Below are positions 24,591 to 34,567 of a stretch of DNA of 64,000 bases, in pieces. The notes under the pieces are model-generated. The model was not told the DNA's origin, made no database searches, and worked only from the letters and a program-made list of their open reading frames with translations. How positions within the stretch are numbered: the stretch's first letter is position 1; each line of letters opens with the position of its first letter. The DNA is from a virus (lineage: Duplodnaviria; Caudoviricetes): the IMG/VR virus record IMGVR_UViG_3300028833_000061, positions 32,001-96,000 of that record. The stretch is one strand, 5' to 3'. The position numbers and the translations under genes were made by a program.

Positions 24591-25010
24591 TAAAGATTAA
24601 CCGGCTGTAGGTCTGCAGAACCTACTTCCCTCCGTGTACTTTGGAGTAAGGTGGCCGGCCACCTTTGCTCGCGCCGCCTTTCCACATTGGTGCTGCGCCC
24701 AAGTCGATGGGCCGCTCATTCCAAGAGGCGTACGGCGCTTGTTAAGTTCTCTCGCGTGGTTGTCTGGGCCCGAATATAGCATACCCATTATAATTATACA
24801 AGCAGGGATTCCTTCACGAAGTGCCTGACGTTTGAAGTGCCGCTATCAATACACTGTTGCGTCATATCCTTCGCATATTTATCAGCTTTTTCCTTGTCCG
24901 TGAACACGCTTGCTCCTGTAACTGTGTTGTAGTACAGCTCGACCACAACCCAGACCTTCTTTGTTCCCATCGCGATTGCCCTCTTCTCCGTGTCGAAACG
25001 CCGTCCCATC

Positions 25011-25604
25011 TCAGAACGGCAGGTCGTCGATAACTATGTCGCACTGGATCGCCTCCAATACCTTAAGGGCGTGTTCCTTCATCTCTGGCGAAGTATCGGC
25101 AGTGGCATCCTTGTGAATGATGATCTTGGTGTCAGGGAAATACGTTCTCAGGATCGCCGCGTTCGTCAGCACGCAGATCGACGTGCACACTCCGCACATG
25201 TGGATCCATGTGTCCTTTATATTCTCGTTTGCATACCTGGCCCACTCCATGATTTCAAGAGGCAGTCGGAGCGAACCGAACGTGAATTTCTCGATGTACG
25301 TAGGACCGAGAGGATCGTTCGAATCCGGCCCGTCGAACTTGTCGCTCCACAACGCAGCTCCGACCTCGCTGGCGTTCAAATGGCCTTCGGTGTCGGAGAT
25401 GCAGTGCTGGATAGGCAGCTTCTGCCCTTCGAGAGTGTTCGGATAGTTTTCGCGATGCGTGTCCAGGGTAACGAACACGTGGTGCCAGTCACGGCTCTCT
25501 ATCAGCTTAGCGACAGCCGGAACGATCTCTGCGCACTCCTTGTTTCCAAGCGAGCCGGTCAGGAAGTCGTTCTGCATGTCGACCACTATCAGAATGTCTT
25601 TCAT
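25011..25604 (-). CDS. isochorismatase/nicotinamidase-family cysteine hydrolase
   Basis: LIVVDMQNDF, DTH, HC, EKFTFG, GVCTSICV (Asp-Lys-Cys triad). Confidence 0.88.
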   Translation of the reverse strand: MKDILIVVDMQNDFLTGSLGNKECAEIVPAVAKLIESRDWHHVFVTLDTHRENYPNTLEGQKLPIQHCISDTEGHLNASEVGAALWSDKFDGPDSNDPLGPTYIEKFTFGSLRLPLEIMEWARYANENIKDTWIHMCGVCTSICVLTNAAILRTYFPDTKIIIHKDATADTSPEMKEHALKVLEAIQCDIVIDDLPF

Positions 25605-25706
25605 CCTTTGTTTTCCTGTGCTTGCCGAGTCTTCTTCTCGTACTCGACCTCGTTCTGTTCTCTGTAGTTCTTGTTGCGATCATACACGTATAGCCTGAAC
25701 GCCGAC

Positions 25707-26330
25707 CTACCCGTTCGCCTGTTCTGGCGCTTCAGGTTTTTGCACATCTTCCTTTTTCGCAGCTTCATCCTTGAGCTCCTGCAGTTGCTGTTGCGCCTCG
25801 CGCATCTGCTTCTTGTACTTTGCGTACTCGCTCTTCTTGTAGAACAGTTCCTTGTGGGCATGGGCCATTTCATTGTACGCGTCTGCGAGAAGCGCGTATC
25901 TCGAATAGTTGTGCAGCCTTCTGTTTTCTGGAGCCTGTGCGTTTATGAGATCCCTTTTAGCATCGGCAGCCCACTTCTCTGCGGTCGGCAGACTGCACGC
26001 CTTCAGAACGGACATGTTCTGATTCATAACCTTAATCGTAGCCTTCAGCTGGTCCTCCTCTCGTGGCTTTGGAATCTCTACGATCTGTCCGAGCGTCAAT
26101 CTGTTGCAGACGTCCTTTGCATACTCGAGTCGCTTCTCCTCCTCGACGTCGCGAAGTCCAGCCAGTTCTTCGGGCAAAGACATGTTCTTCACCTCCGGGC
26201 CACGAGCTCCACAGTGTTCGCAGTTGTAGTATACGCTGTCCCACCGTCTTACTCTATGAAACCTTAGATCAAGGGCGGTTTCGACCAACTTCATGTCGTG
26301 CCCGCAAAACTTACACTTCATCTGGTTCAT
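25707..26330 (-). CDS. zinc-ribbon plus coiled-coil protein
   Basis: CKFCG...CEHCGARGP; C-terminal coiled coil. Confidence 0.65.
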   Translation of the reverse strand: MNQMKCKFCGHDMKLVETALDLRFHRVRRWDSVYYNCEHCGARGPEVKNMSLPEELAGLRDVEEEKRLEYAKDVCNRLTLGQIVEIPKPREEDQLKATIKVMNQNMSVLKACSLPTAEKWAADAKRDLINAQAPENRRLHNYSRYALLADAYNEMAHAHKELFYKKSEYAKYKKQMREAQQQLQELKDEAAKKEDVQKPEAPEQANG

Positions 26331-26808
26331 CCTCCCAGAGCCAGACTTCGAACATCTTCGGGCTTTTGCATTCCAGTATGAATGCCTCCCTTGCCGCGCT
26401 CGGCCCGAGATCCCTGAATCTGTCGAAGTTCTTTCTCTTCGGTTTGTGTTTGTTTTCCTCGACGTCCATGTAGCCCATCCTGTAGGCGTCTATGGCGTCG
26501 TAGATCTTCTGTTCGAAATGGCTCGGTATGCTCCCAAGCGACGCCAGGGAGTATTCCCACGCATACTTGCAGTAGGCCATCTTGTCCCTGTCGTCTATCA
26601 TGTCCGCGATCAGCTGTCCCCAATCGCGCATCGAGACTGCGTACACCTTCTTGTTGTCCAGCATCGGAACACCGTACTTCTGCTGGTGGAACACCCCGCC
26701 GTATGCGAGCTTGTTCTCTTTCAAATATTCGATGACAGCAAGCCTAGCTTCCTCGGAACGATCGACCTTGTGTCTCTCGTTCCAGGAGGTGAAACCGATT
26801 ACTTTCAT
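26311..26808 (-). CDS. hypothetical protein
   Basis: 165 aa; HQQKYGVP...SMRDWGQLIA. Confidence 0.65.
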   Translation of the reverse strand: MKVIGFTSWNERHKVDRSEEARLAVIEYLKENKLAYGGVFHQQKYGVPMLDNKKVYAVSMRDWGQLIADMIDDRDKMAYCKYAWEYSLASLGSIPSHFEQKIYDAIDAYRMGYMDVEENKHKPKRKNFDRFRDLGPSAAREAFILECKSPKMFEVWLWEDEPDEV

Positions 26809-27239
26809 TTCTTCTTCTTTTTCTTTAGCTTGTTGTACAGGAGTTCCGTGTACGTCACGTTTTCCTTCTTCATGTGCTTGTGCCGTTTCTCGAGAGCCTT
26901 CCTGAGCTCGTCATTGGTAGGAACTGCAAGCCCGCTGTCTGTACTCGAGAAGTCGAACTCGAAATAATCGTCTTTCAGCGTGGCGCAGGCCATCATGTCT
27001 GCAACGCACTCGCACGTGTCGACGATGTCGTAAGTCCAAGCGCACGGGTCGTCACCCTCAAGGCGATAGAAACTCTCGAGCGCACCAGCCCAGTCGTAGA
27101 TCCAGTCACGGAATGTGTCGATGCCTGAAATGTCTTCCTTGTATGCAGCGTCATACACACGCTTTATAACTTCACGAGGAAGATCCTGCACAAGCTCGAT
27201 CACGATATCCACGAAGATCGCTGTGTATTCTTTTTCCAT
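26805..27239 (-). CDS. hypothetical protein, poly-Lys C-terminus
   Basis: 144 aa; ATGA overlap. Confidence 0.6.
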   Translation of the reverse strand: MEKEYTAIFVDIVIELVQDLPREVIKRVYDAAYKEDISGIDTFRDWIYDWAGALESFYRLEGDDPCAWTYDIVDTCECVADMMACATLKDDYFEFDFSSTDSGLAVPTNDELRKALEKRHKHMKKENVTYTELLYNKLKKKKKK

Positions 27240-27245
27240 GGCTTG

Positions 27246-27277
27246 AAAATAAAGGCCGGGCGTTATATAGCCCGGCC
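27246..27277 (-). terminator. intrinsic terminator
   Basis: GGCCGGGC/GCCCGGCC stem, with TTTATTTT shortly after on the minus strand. Confidence 0.7.
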
Positions 27278-27301
27278 AGTGTTTTCGTCTGCTACAGAGG
27301 A

Positions 27302-27997
27302 CTACCAGTCCTCTTCGTCGGAATCCTCGTCGGAATCGTCGTCATCGTCGTCGGAGTCCTCCTCATCGGAGTCATCCTCCTCCTCTTCCTCCTCGTCGCA
27401 CCCGGTATCCTCGGAGCAGCGCTTCTCGCACGCTTCGGGATCGGTGTCGTAGGCGGTGGGGCAGATGGAGCGGATGGCGAGCGCCAGCTTGTCGGCGAGG
27501 CGGTCGAGAACGAGGTCGGGCGAGAGACGGCGGCTCTTCTTGTCGAGCTTGACGATCTCGTTGCCTTCCTCGTCGATGACACGGCCCTCGCTCACGATAT
27601 AGTAGTAGAGCTTGCCGTTGACGTCGTCGACGCGGTCGGGCTTGATGTCCGCCTCGATCAGCTGGACGATGGCGCCGAACCAGCGGAGCAGCGGCTTGCT
27701 GCCGTACTGCTTCTGGAACTTGGCGAGGGCCTTCTCGTCGGCCTTGCGCTCCTTCTCGGTGCGGCCGACGGTCATGTGGCCGTTGACCACCTTGGAGTGC
27801 TGGAGGCCGGTCGGGTTGGACATGAGGCCGTTGAGGCCGATGATATTGTCGTTCTGATCATAGACAGCGCAGACCTTCTTGTTCGCGACGAGGTCATACA
27901 GGTCGAGGAAGCCCTTCTCCTTGATAACGGGGGCGTTCTTCTTCTCTTCGATCTTCTTGAGGTTGTCCTTGAGCTTGGACGCGTCTTTCTTGTTCAT
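27302..27997 (-). CDS. hypothetical protein with long Asp/Glu tail, probably highly expressed
   Basis: C-terminus DEEEEEEDDSDEEDSDDDDDDSDEDSDEEDW; almost exclusively C/G-ending codons; own terminator. Confidence 0.75.
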   Translation of the reverse strand: MNKKDASKLKDNLKKIEEKKNAPVIKEKGFLDLYDLVANKKVCAVYDQNDNIIGLNGLMSNPTGLQHSKVVNGHMTVGRTEKERKADEKALAKFQKQYGSKPLLRWFGAIVQLIEADIKPDRVDDVNGKLYYYIVSEGRVIDEEGNEIVKLDKKSRRLSPDLVLDRLADKLALAIRSICPTAYDTDPEACEKRCSEDTGCDEEEEEEDDSDEEDSDDDDDDSDEDSDEEDW

Positions 27998-28066
27998 TGG
28001 CAGGTTTCCTGTCTTTGTTGTTTTTGTTTTCTGTATCACTCGAGTTTTACAAACGCCACTCATATC

Positions 28067-30388
28067 CTACATGTGGCAGAGGGCGCCATAATGGCCCTTC
28101 AAAGAGTCTTTCTTGATGAACTGCTTGGCATCTGCCCAGCGATTGAGGAAATCCATGATCTCCTTTCCGTCTGGCATGCTGTCAACGTCGGAATTGTACT
28201 TTCCGTGAATCTGGCGCACCTTCCACGAGGGATCGATGTCCATTGTTATGAACGGAACGTCTGGATTGTCTTTCTTCCGCAGGAACACGATATACTCCAC
28301 CCCCTGCATGACCGAATCCTTATAGGACGACACGCAGTGGTGCAGAGTATTAGACTCGACATCCAGTTCTTCAAGCTTCTTGGTGGCGACGATTATATAC
28401 TTGTCCGATTCCTCGCCTTCCCAATCAACCTTCTTGGCCTTCTTGTACGGTCCGTTCTCATAGGCCTGATTCATGACCTTCAGGCGCTCTGCGCGCCCCA
28501 TGTTCTCGAATTCGGTCTTCTTCCTGACCAGCCGGTCGTGAAGAGCGGCCACGCGCTCCTTCTGCGGGAACAGCTCGAAAGCCTCCTCGTCGAGCGCGTT
28601 GTTGGGAAGGTTTCCGACCTCCCGCCGCATTCTCAGATAATCCTTGTATGTGCCGAAGTCTTCTCCGTAGGCGGACAGCTTGCGAAGCAGGTTGAGCCCG
28701 CTTCCAGCGGCCTTCATGTTGTCCGGCAGCTCCCTCCAGACGTCTGCGAGGCTTCCGCCTCCGTTGCGTCCTTCGCGAGCGGCCGAAATGTTGACCACCC
28801 CCTTGAACGTCTCGTCGTCCAGCGACGCATAGTTCACGTCCTGGAACAGCGACAGCACGTCGTTCATCCTAATGGAGCAGCCATCGTTTCCGCGACTTTC
28901 CTTCTTGGTGTTCTTGTCGATAAGTTCCTCGATAAGTCTGATCTTCGCCATCGGGAGGTCGAACGCCTTTGTAAGCGATGTCCTGTCGGACAGGATGGTC
29001 CAGATGGCGTCGCCGAATCCGGCTGTCCTGCTGTACCATCCTCCGTTCGTATAGCGCTCCAGCATTCGCTTCTTGTTGGCGTCGATCGCGGCCTTGTCCA
29101 TCGTGGTGATCGAGCGATTTAGCAGGCATCCGGCGATATTGTTCAGATTGAGTGTAAGCGCCTGCTCGATGTAGTTTCCTCCGCTCTTGCTGATCGCGTT
29201 CAGGACGCACGGATCCATGCTGACGATAATCACGCCTGCGATCTCGGCCTCGCGTCGGTCGATCTGTGGAGGATTCGACTTGATGATCTTGGAAAGCTGG
29301 GAATCGCCGAGGTCCTCGTCCTTGCCGTTGAGCAGAACGCGATTTCCGTCGAGACGGGACATGACGAACGGCATCGGAGATCCGTCGCTGTTCAGAGCAT
29401 AGTGCTTGCCTGTCTTCGTGTTTACGGCATACGTGTCGTACTTGTGGATGGCATAGTGCCGCATGAGCGCGATGATCCAGTCGTCGTGCTTGCTCAGCAG
29501 GACGAACTGTGATGAAAGACGGCGGCGGATATACCGTGCCTTCTCGAACTCTGCCGCGGCTATCTCGCGGATGTCCTTGATCGTGTTCTCGGCGGATGCA
29601 GACCTAAGTCTTAGGGAGGATTCGAGCAGCTCGACAAGATGCACGTTCGTCTTGATCGTACAGCCCTTGTCTCCTCCGCTTTTCCTTGCAAATTCAACCA
29701 CATACGGATCGTTTGGCGGAAATATCTCCTTCACGATCTTGATGGTGGCGTCATCGAAATACGTGCTGCATCCGCGCCCAAGCGCATACAGGATGCCCTT
29801 CCTGATGTCTGGCGACTCGCTGAGGAACGATGGAACGTTGCACTTGCCCTTGCGGCGAAGCTTTTTGTCCTTGAACGCGTCTTCGACAGGATAGAATTTA
29901 TTCGTCGTTTCTCCGGGATTCCACACGCGAGTGACCACGTTCTCGTCCTTGTCGAGGAACAGTGGCACAAACGTGCGATCCTTGAATATCCTGACGCCTA
30001 TCATCATTTCATCACTATACGGGACATACACTTCCTCTGCTTTTCCGCGAATCTTCTCCTTCCTCAGAAGCTCTGCCGATCTACGGGTTCCGAGTACGAG
30101 ATGCGCCTTTCCAGGCCTGTACGCCTTGTACGCCGTGAACACGGAGCATCCGACAAGGGAATAGACGTCGAAATACGTCTTCCCGTCTCCCTTGACATAC
30201 AGCGCTCCGCACGACGGACGATACAGGCTTCCGGTAGCGGTGTCGATTATGGCGTCTTTGATGAACTCGTTGTATTCCTCCATGCTGCGGGAGAAGCGCT
30301 CACCGTTGTGCGCGCGTCCCGTAGTGGTGGATCGCATGACGAGTTTCTTCTTGCAGTATTCGATTACCTCTTCAGGCAGCTTCATCAA
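28067..30388 (-). CDS. PcfJ-like domain protein
   Basis: C-terminal ELDVESNTLHHCVSSY...IVFLRKKDNPDVPFITMDI...QIHGKYN. Confidence 0.8.
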   Translation of the reverse strand: MMKLPEEVIEYCKKKLVMRSTTTGRAHNGERFSRSMEEYNEFIKDAIIDTATGSLYRPSCGALYVKGDGKTYFDVYSLVGCSVFTAYKAYRPGKAHLVLGTRRSAELLRKEKIRGKAEEVYVPYSDEMMIGVRIFKDRTFVPLFLDKDENVVTRVWNPGETTNKFYPVEDAFKDKKLRRKGKCNVPSFLSESPDIRKGILYALGRGCSTYFDDATIKIVKEIFPPNDPYVVEFARKSGGDKGCTIKTNVHLVELLESSLRLRSASAENTIKDIREIAAAEFEKARYIRRRLSSQFVLLSKHDDWIIALMRHYAIHKYDTYAVNTKTGKHYALNSDGSPMPFVMSRLDGNRVLLNGKDEDLGDSQLSKIIKSNPPQIDRREAEIAGVIIVSMDPCVLNAISKSGGNYIEQALTLNLNNIAGCLLNRSITTMDKAAIDANKKRMLERYTNGGWYSRTAGFGDAIWTILSDRTSLTKAFDLPMAKIRLIEELIDKNTKKESRGNDGCSIRMNDVLSLFQDVNYASLDDETFKGVVNISAAREGRNGGGSLADVWRELPDNMKAAGSGLNLLRKLSAYGEDFGTYKDYLRMRREVGNLPNNALDEEAFELFPQKERVAALHDRLVRKKTEFENMGRAERLKVMNQAYENGPYKKAKKVDWEGEESDKYIIVATKKLEELDVESNTLHHCVSSYKDSVMQGVEYIVFLRKKDNPDVPFITMDIDPSWKVRQIHGKYNSDVDSMPDGKEIMDFLNRWADAKQFIKKDSLKGHYGALCHM

Positions 30389-30411
30389 TCAGCTCCAATT
30401 GCCTTTTTGGT

Positions 30412-31131
30412 TTATTCCTTTTCTTGTTCTTCGATCTTCTCGGTCTTGTCGATCTTGTCGTTGAAATACGACCGAGTGTCGCCGGACAGGACGACGTTTC
30501 CGTCCTTGTCCAGCTCCAAGCCTTTCTTGATCTTTTCCAGCCAATGTGCTGTCGGATACTTGCAGTACATCGCCAGATCATAGAACGGAACGCAATATGC
30601 GTGGTCTTCCGTGTACTTTATTCTGTGTTCCCTGATGATACCTTCAAGGTAGTGGTTCTTGTTCCGTCCGGCATACATGGCCGCAGCGTTGAGGTGCCCG
30701 ACTACGAGCGTCCAGTAGTGCATGTAGCCTCCCCAGACCTCGTCGGCAAGAACAGAAGCCTGGGCCAGGTGAGCCCAGGCAAGGTACTCCATGTTCGTGC
30801 TCATGGCGACAAGCCGCTCTCCCATGAAATCTACCGGCTCGAGCTCACAGCTTGTGTCGTTGGCCATTCGCTCGACGACGTCAAGATATTTCTCGTACGG
30901 TATGTCGCACGGGCCTTCAAGCATGTAGCGCATATATGCAGACACCTGAAGGTTGCAGGACAGCGTTTCGCTCTTCTCGACTATCTCGTCGGCGGCCTCC
31001 AGCAGGTTTCCGTAGATGTCGAACGAATAATCATCGAACGGACCTCTGCTGTAGCTCTCAAGAACAAGAGCCGTCGACAGGTGCTTTATCGTGCACTGTG
31101 CACAGTGTTGTCTCATCCTTTTTCCTTTCAA
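30412..31131 (-). CDS. hypothetical protein with internal helical repeat
   Basis: HLSTALVL...GNLLEAA repeated as HLAQASVL...GHLNAAA. Confidence 0.6.
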   Translation of the reverse strand: MKGKRMRQHCAQCTIKHLSTALVLESYSRGPFDDYSFDIYGNLLEAADEIVEKSETLSCNLQVSAYMRYMLEGPCDIPYEKYLDVVERMANDTSCELEPVDFMGERLVAMSTNMEYLAWAHLAQASVLADEVWGGYMHYWTLVVGHLNAAAMYAGRNKNHYLEGIIREHRIKYTEDHAYCVPFYDLAMYCKYPTAHWLEKIKKGLELDKDGNVVLSGDTRSYFNDKIDKTEKIEEQEKE

Positions 31132-31275
31132 ACAGGTCGCATGCGGGTGCGTCCAGCTCGGTTACGTTCTTGTTCCCGAAAGGACCCAGCTGCTTCCTGC
31201 ACAGACCAGTGCCAGCGAAGTAGTCATGGTCGTAGCAGTACTTGCAATCCTTGCATAGGACCGGCTTTTTATCTT

Positions 31276-31758
31276 TCACAGATTGCCCTTCACTTTCTTA
31301 GTGTCGAGTCCCCATACAGAACATGCAAAGTCAATCTTCGCGTCGTCAGGCTCCCCGGCGACGCCTGGCTTCACGCCGTCCTTCTCGGACCACGTGGTAG
31401 CTCCAGCGTACTTTCCGAAGTTCACGATATCTGCGCTTCCGATGTAGCAGCCAATATACTGTCCGGCATACGAGAACTTGATCAGACCTCCTGCAGGAAG
31501 GCTGTCTCCGGCTATACACGCGCCTTCGAGATCCATCCTGTCCTTGCTGCAATAGCGAACGATGCACGCCTGCTCGTCGACGCGAGTAGGCTTGCCGTTC
31601 TTCGCAGTCTTGAAGTGGTTGAGAGCTGCGTCGGAATTGAATACGACGCACTCCTTGCCGGCCTTCTTGACGGTCTTAAGGTTCTTGGCCTTCCACTGCT
31701 GCCAGCTGTCGGACGGCACCTTGATGCAGTTGCATACGTCAAACGCTTCCTTTGGCAT
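31276..31758 (-). CDS. hypothetical protein
   Basis: 160 aa ORF. Confidence 0.6.
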   Translation of the reverse strand: MPKEAFDVCNCIKVPSDSWQQWKAKNLKTVKKAGKECVVFNSDAALNHFKTAKNGKPTRVDEQACIVRYCSKDRMDLEGACIAGDSLPAGGLIKFSYAGQYIGCYIGSADIVNFGKYAGATTWSEKDGVKPGVAGEPDDAKIDFACSVWGLDTKKVKGNL

Positions 31759-33238
31759 CTCCGAGTTTCCTTATTTCTTCTTCGAGCTCTTCGGCCTTCG
31801 ACAGGTATCCGCCGTCTCGCAACTTCTTGACCCTTCCGGCAAGGAACTTCGCGCGCCTGAGGTTGTTTACCCTCTTGCTGTACGCGTGTTTCCTGGCCTT
31901 CCGCGTCCTTCGTGCGTCTAGCGCTCCCTGTTCTCTAAGCTCCATGAACCTTGTCGCTGTATCGACCAACCCGAATATCTTCTCCATCTTGGCCTCCCAC
32001 TCGGCCCACTCCTGCTGTGCAACTGTGGGCGTCTCTCCCTTCTTCGCAGGCTTGTCAGGCTTCTCAACCTTTGGTTTCATCGGCGAGCCGTCTGACTGCA
32101 TGTTCAGTTGGAAGCACCTCTTGCATGGCAGAGGAGGCGATTCGAGCAGGGCCTTCTTGAAGTCTTCCGAGTCTAGATAGTCGTCTACAAGCCAGTACCT
32201 GGAGTTGTCGGCCACGCATTTTCCGTATTTCTCTTCCGCGCATTCTATGTAGAAGTGGAACTTGTCAGACTCCTGCAGAGCAGGAGGCGTCAGTGCATAA
32301 AACTTGGTCTTTGAATATTTTCCGTCTACAAGAAGCGGGGCGTGCGTAACCACGTCAACCAGTTCCCATCCCGCAAAAGCCGTAATCGTAGGCTCGCAGG
32401 ACCATCTGTTCATTTCCAGCCACCTGTCAGAACCCGTGGCCGCAGCGTGCGGCGTCGGTTCAATGTGAACCGACCCGCAGACGACGCACACCGGAGCGCC
32501 TGGCTCCATGCACGCCTTTCCGTTGGCGGCAACCTTCAAAACCGGATTCCTCAGCTGTGTGCCTACCGATGCCACTATCCTGTACCTGTCGAACATGTCG
32601 TTCGTGCTCGGATCGTTTCCCGATATCTTTACGTCAATCGGCAATCCGAACTTCCTGCACATGAATACCTTGAACAGGAACAGGTGGAACAGAGAACAGT
32701 TCTGCCCGTATGTGTATGGCCTTGGACGTCTTGCGAGAAGCTCCTCGTCCTCCGCCCTGTGTGCGAGCATGTGGGCCAGCTCAAGCAGCTTCCAGCCTTT
32801 TGGATCCAGCACAAGATCCAACAGCCAGTCGCCTTTCGGCCGCCTGTACTCGCTCTCTGGCGTCACACGTCCTATGTGGCTCAGGTCGATCATCGTCTTG
32901 TTCTGCCAGGTGTCGTTGATATGCCTTGGAACCGGCAGGTTCTTCAGCAGATACGCCGTGTTTCCCCGCATCTTGGATGCGGGCAGCCCTATGGCCGCAT
33001 CCCAGACGGCAGGCCATCCGCAACCGCTCTCAGCGAGCGGGTCGGCGGATACCAGCTCATCCGGTTTGGAGTTCTTCCAGCGCATCCGCAGCGACGAGTC
33101 TACTATCTCGTCTATTTTGTCGGAATGTGGATACTCAGGGTCGTCGAAAGGATACCCTGGCTCCTCGCTGTTCTTATCGACAGCAAGAAGCTTTGCGGCC
33201 TGATCCTTCCTTGTCTGGAAGAACTCTCGCCAATCCAT
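31739..33238 (-). CDS. hypothetical protein
   Basis: ~499 aa ORF starting MDWREFF. Confidence 0.7.
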   Translation of the reverse strand: MDWREFFQTRKDQAAKLLAVDKNSEEPGYPFDDPEYPHSDKIDEIVDSSLRMRWKNSKPDELVSADPLAESGCGWPAVWDAAIGLPASKMRGNTAYLLKNLPVPRHINDTWQNKTMIDLSHIGRVTPESEYRRPKGDWLLDLVLDPKGWKLLELAHMLAHRAEDEELLARRPRPYTYGQNCSLFHLFLFKVFMCRKFGLPIDVKISGNDPSTNDMFDRYRIVASVGTQLRNPVLKVAANGKACMEPGAPVCVVCGSVHIEPTPHAAATGSDRWLEMNRWSCEPTITAFAGWELVDVVTHAPLLVDGKYSKTKFYALTPPALQESDKFHFYIECAEEKYGKCVADNSRYWLVDDYLDSEDFKKALLESPPLPCKRCFQLNMQSDGSPMKPKVEKPDKPAKKGETPTVAQQEWAEWEAKMEKIFGLVDTATRFMELREQGALDARRTRKARKHAYSKRVNNLRRAKFLAGRVKKLRDGGYLSKAEELEEEIRKLGDAKGSV

Positions 33239-33239
33239 G

Positions 33240-33536
33240 CTACGCCCTCGACGCCTCTGCGGGCATGTCGTCAAGCTTGACGTTCATAAGCTCCTCCGCC
33301 TCTTTCAGCGAGGAGTCTCCATACAACGCCTTGATGGTTCTAAGCAACTCTCGTTGATTTGTGATCTTGGTATAGAACTGCGACTGGTAATTCAAGACCA
33401 AAGCCCAGGTGTCACCGTACTTCGTCTTCTCCTTTACCAGACCAGCCGAGGTGATCTTGTCGCCATGGATGAAATCCATTCGACCCTCGGAGGTCCTGAC
33501 TCGCAGAACTTTGTTTTTAGGCGCTTCTAGCTCCAT
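33240..33536 (-). CDS. hypothetical protein
   Basis: GAGGT upstream; 98 aa. Confidence 0.6.
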   Translation of the reverse strand: MELEAPKNKVLRVRTSEGRMDFIHGDKITSAGLVKEKTKYGDTWALVLNYQSQFYTKITNQRELLRTIKALYGDSSLKEAEELMNVKLDDMPAEASRA

Positions 33537-33546
33537 TGTCTACCTC

Positions 33547-33970
33547 TTAGTACACGTTCGCTGACGTGTATTCTCCTTCGTATCTCATCTTCTTCAGTAT
33601 AGCCTTGATATTTGATCTCATAGCTATGAATCCGGCATGGCTGTCGAACAGGCTCGGGTGCCCTTCGATCTTTATGCCTGCCTTTTTCAAGCAATATCCA
33701 AGGGCCCTGCAGGCCCTGGACTTCTGGTTAATTCCAAAACTGCCACTATAGTATGTTCCGATCCAGCCTCTTCCGTCGCGTAGTATCAGCTTGCACGACG
33801 TGTAGCATGGCTTGTCGTCGAACAGCGCGATGATGTAGTCGGTCTTGTTGACGTTATCGATACCGCAGGACAGCATAATCCCGGTTGCTGCCGATATCTT
33901 CTTCGTCTCGGAATCTCGATCGATCTGTCTAACTCTTGTAAGTCCATCAGTCGATACCGACAGGGACATA
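33547..33970 (-). CDS. hypothetical protein
   Basis: GAGGAGG before MSLSVS. Confidence 0.55.
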
Positions 33971-34567
33971 TGGTGCCTCCTCTTTTGGAGATTGATATGA
34001 TTCGTCAATGTCAGGCAGCTCCCACTGCATGTACCTTGCCATGTCATAGAACAGCGGCCTTACAGGCCTGACCCAGATCTGCATCTCTGCCTTTTTGTCG
34101 AGAAGCATAGCCCCCGGCTGCAGAATCCACACCGGAACGGTAGGATTGTCGTGGATGAAGACATATGCACACAGGTGCTTCGGATCGTCCTCTCTAACTA
34201 TCACGATCGATCCTATGCCATGTGTAACGGCCTCTTCCGCGAGGTCGTCAATGTTGTCTTCGACCCATTTCCTTCCGTTTTTGGCCTCTCGTATGTCTAG
34301 CGTAAGATCAGACGGTGTTCCATCTCCAGGGGTGAACGCCCCGTGCGAAACGACGTCAAGTATCTGTCTGACGTGCTGTATAACTGGCGCGTCGTAGTCT
34401 ATGTCGATGCTAAGCGCCCGCTCAACCTGCCAGAACGCGTTTGCCGTATAACCTAGGCCGCGGATTATATGTCTCGCGGCCTGGTCGTCGGCTTTCATGG
34501 TTGCCGAGGTTACGTTGTCCTTGTAGAACTTTCGCCTCTTCAGCCAAGTCTCTCGCGGATCAGCCAT
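33947..34567 (-). CDS. hypothetical protein
   Basis: 206 aa ORF in the chain. Confidence 0.65.
   Translation of the reverse strand: MADPRETWLKRRKFYKDNVTSATMKADDQAARHIIRGLGYTANAFWQVERALSIDIDYDAPVIQHVRQILDVVSHGAFTPGDGTPSDLTLDIREAKNGRKWVEDNIDDLAEEAVTHGIGSIVIVREDDPKHLCAYVFIHDNPTVPVWILQPGAMLLDKKAEMQIWVRPVRPLFYDMARYMQWELPDIDESYQSPKEEAPYVPVGID

Noticed and set aside
27776-29122. Long plus-strand ORFs (also 30424..31830, 36140..37351, 38000..39082, 60287..61192)
   Set aside because: Antisense shadows of GC3-biased minus-strand genes; no motifs, and they fully overlap well-supported genes.
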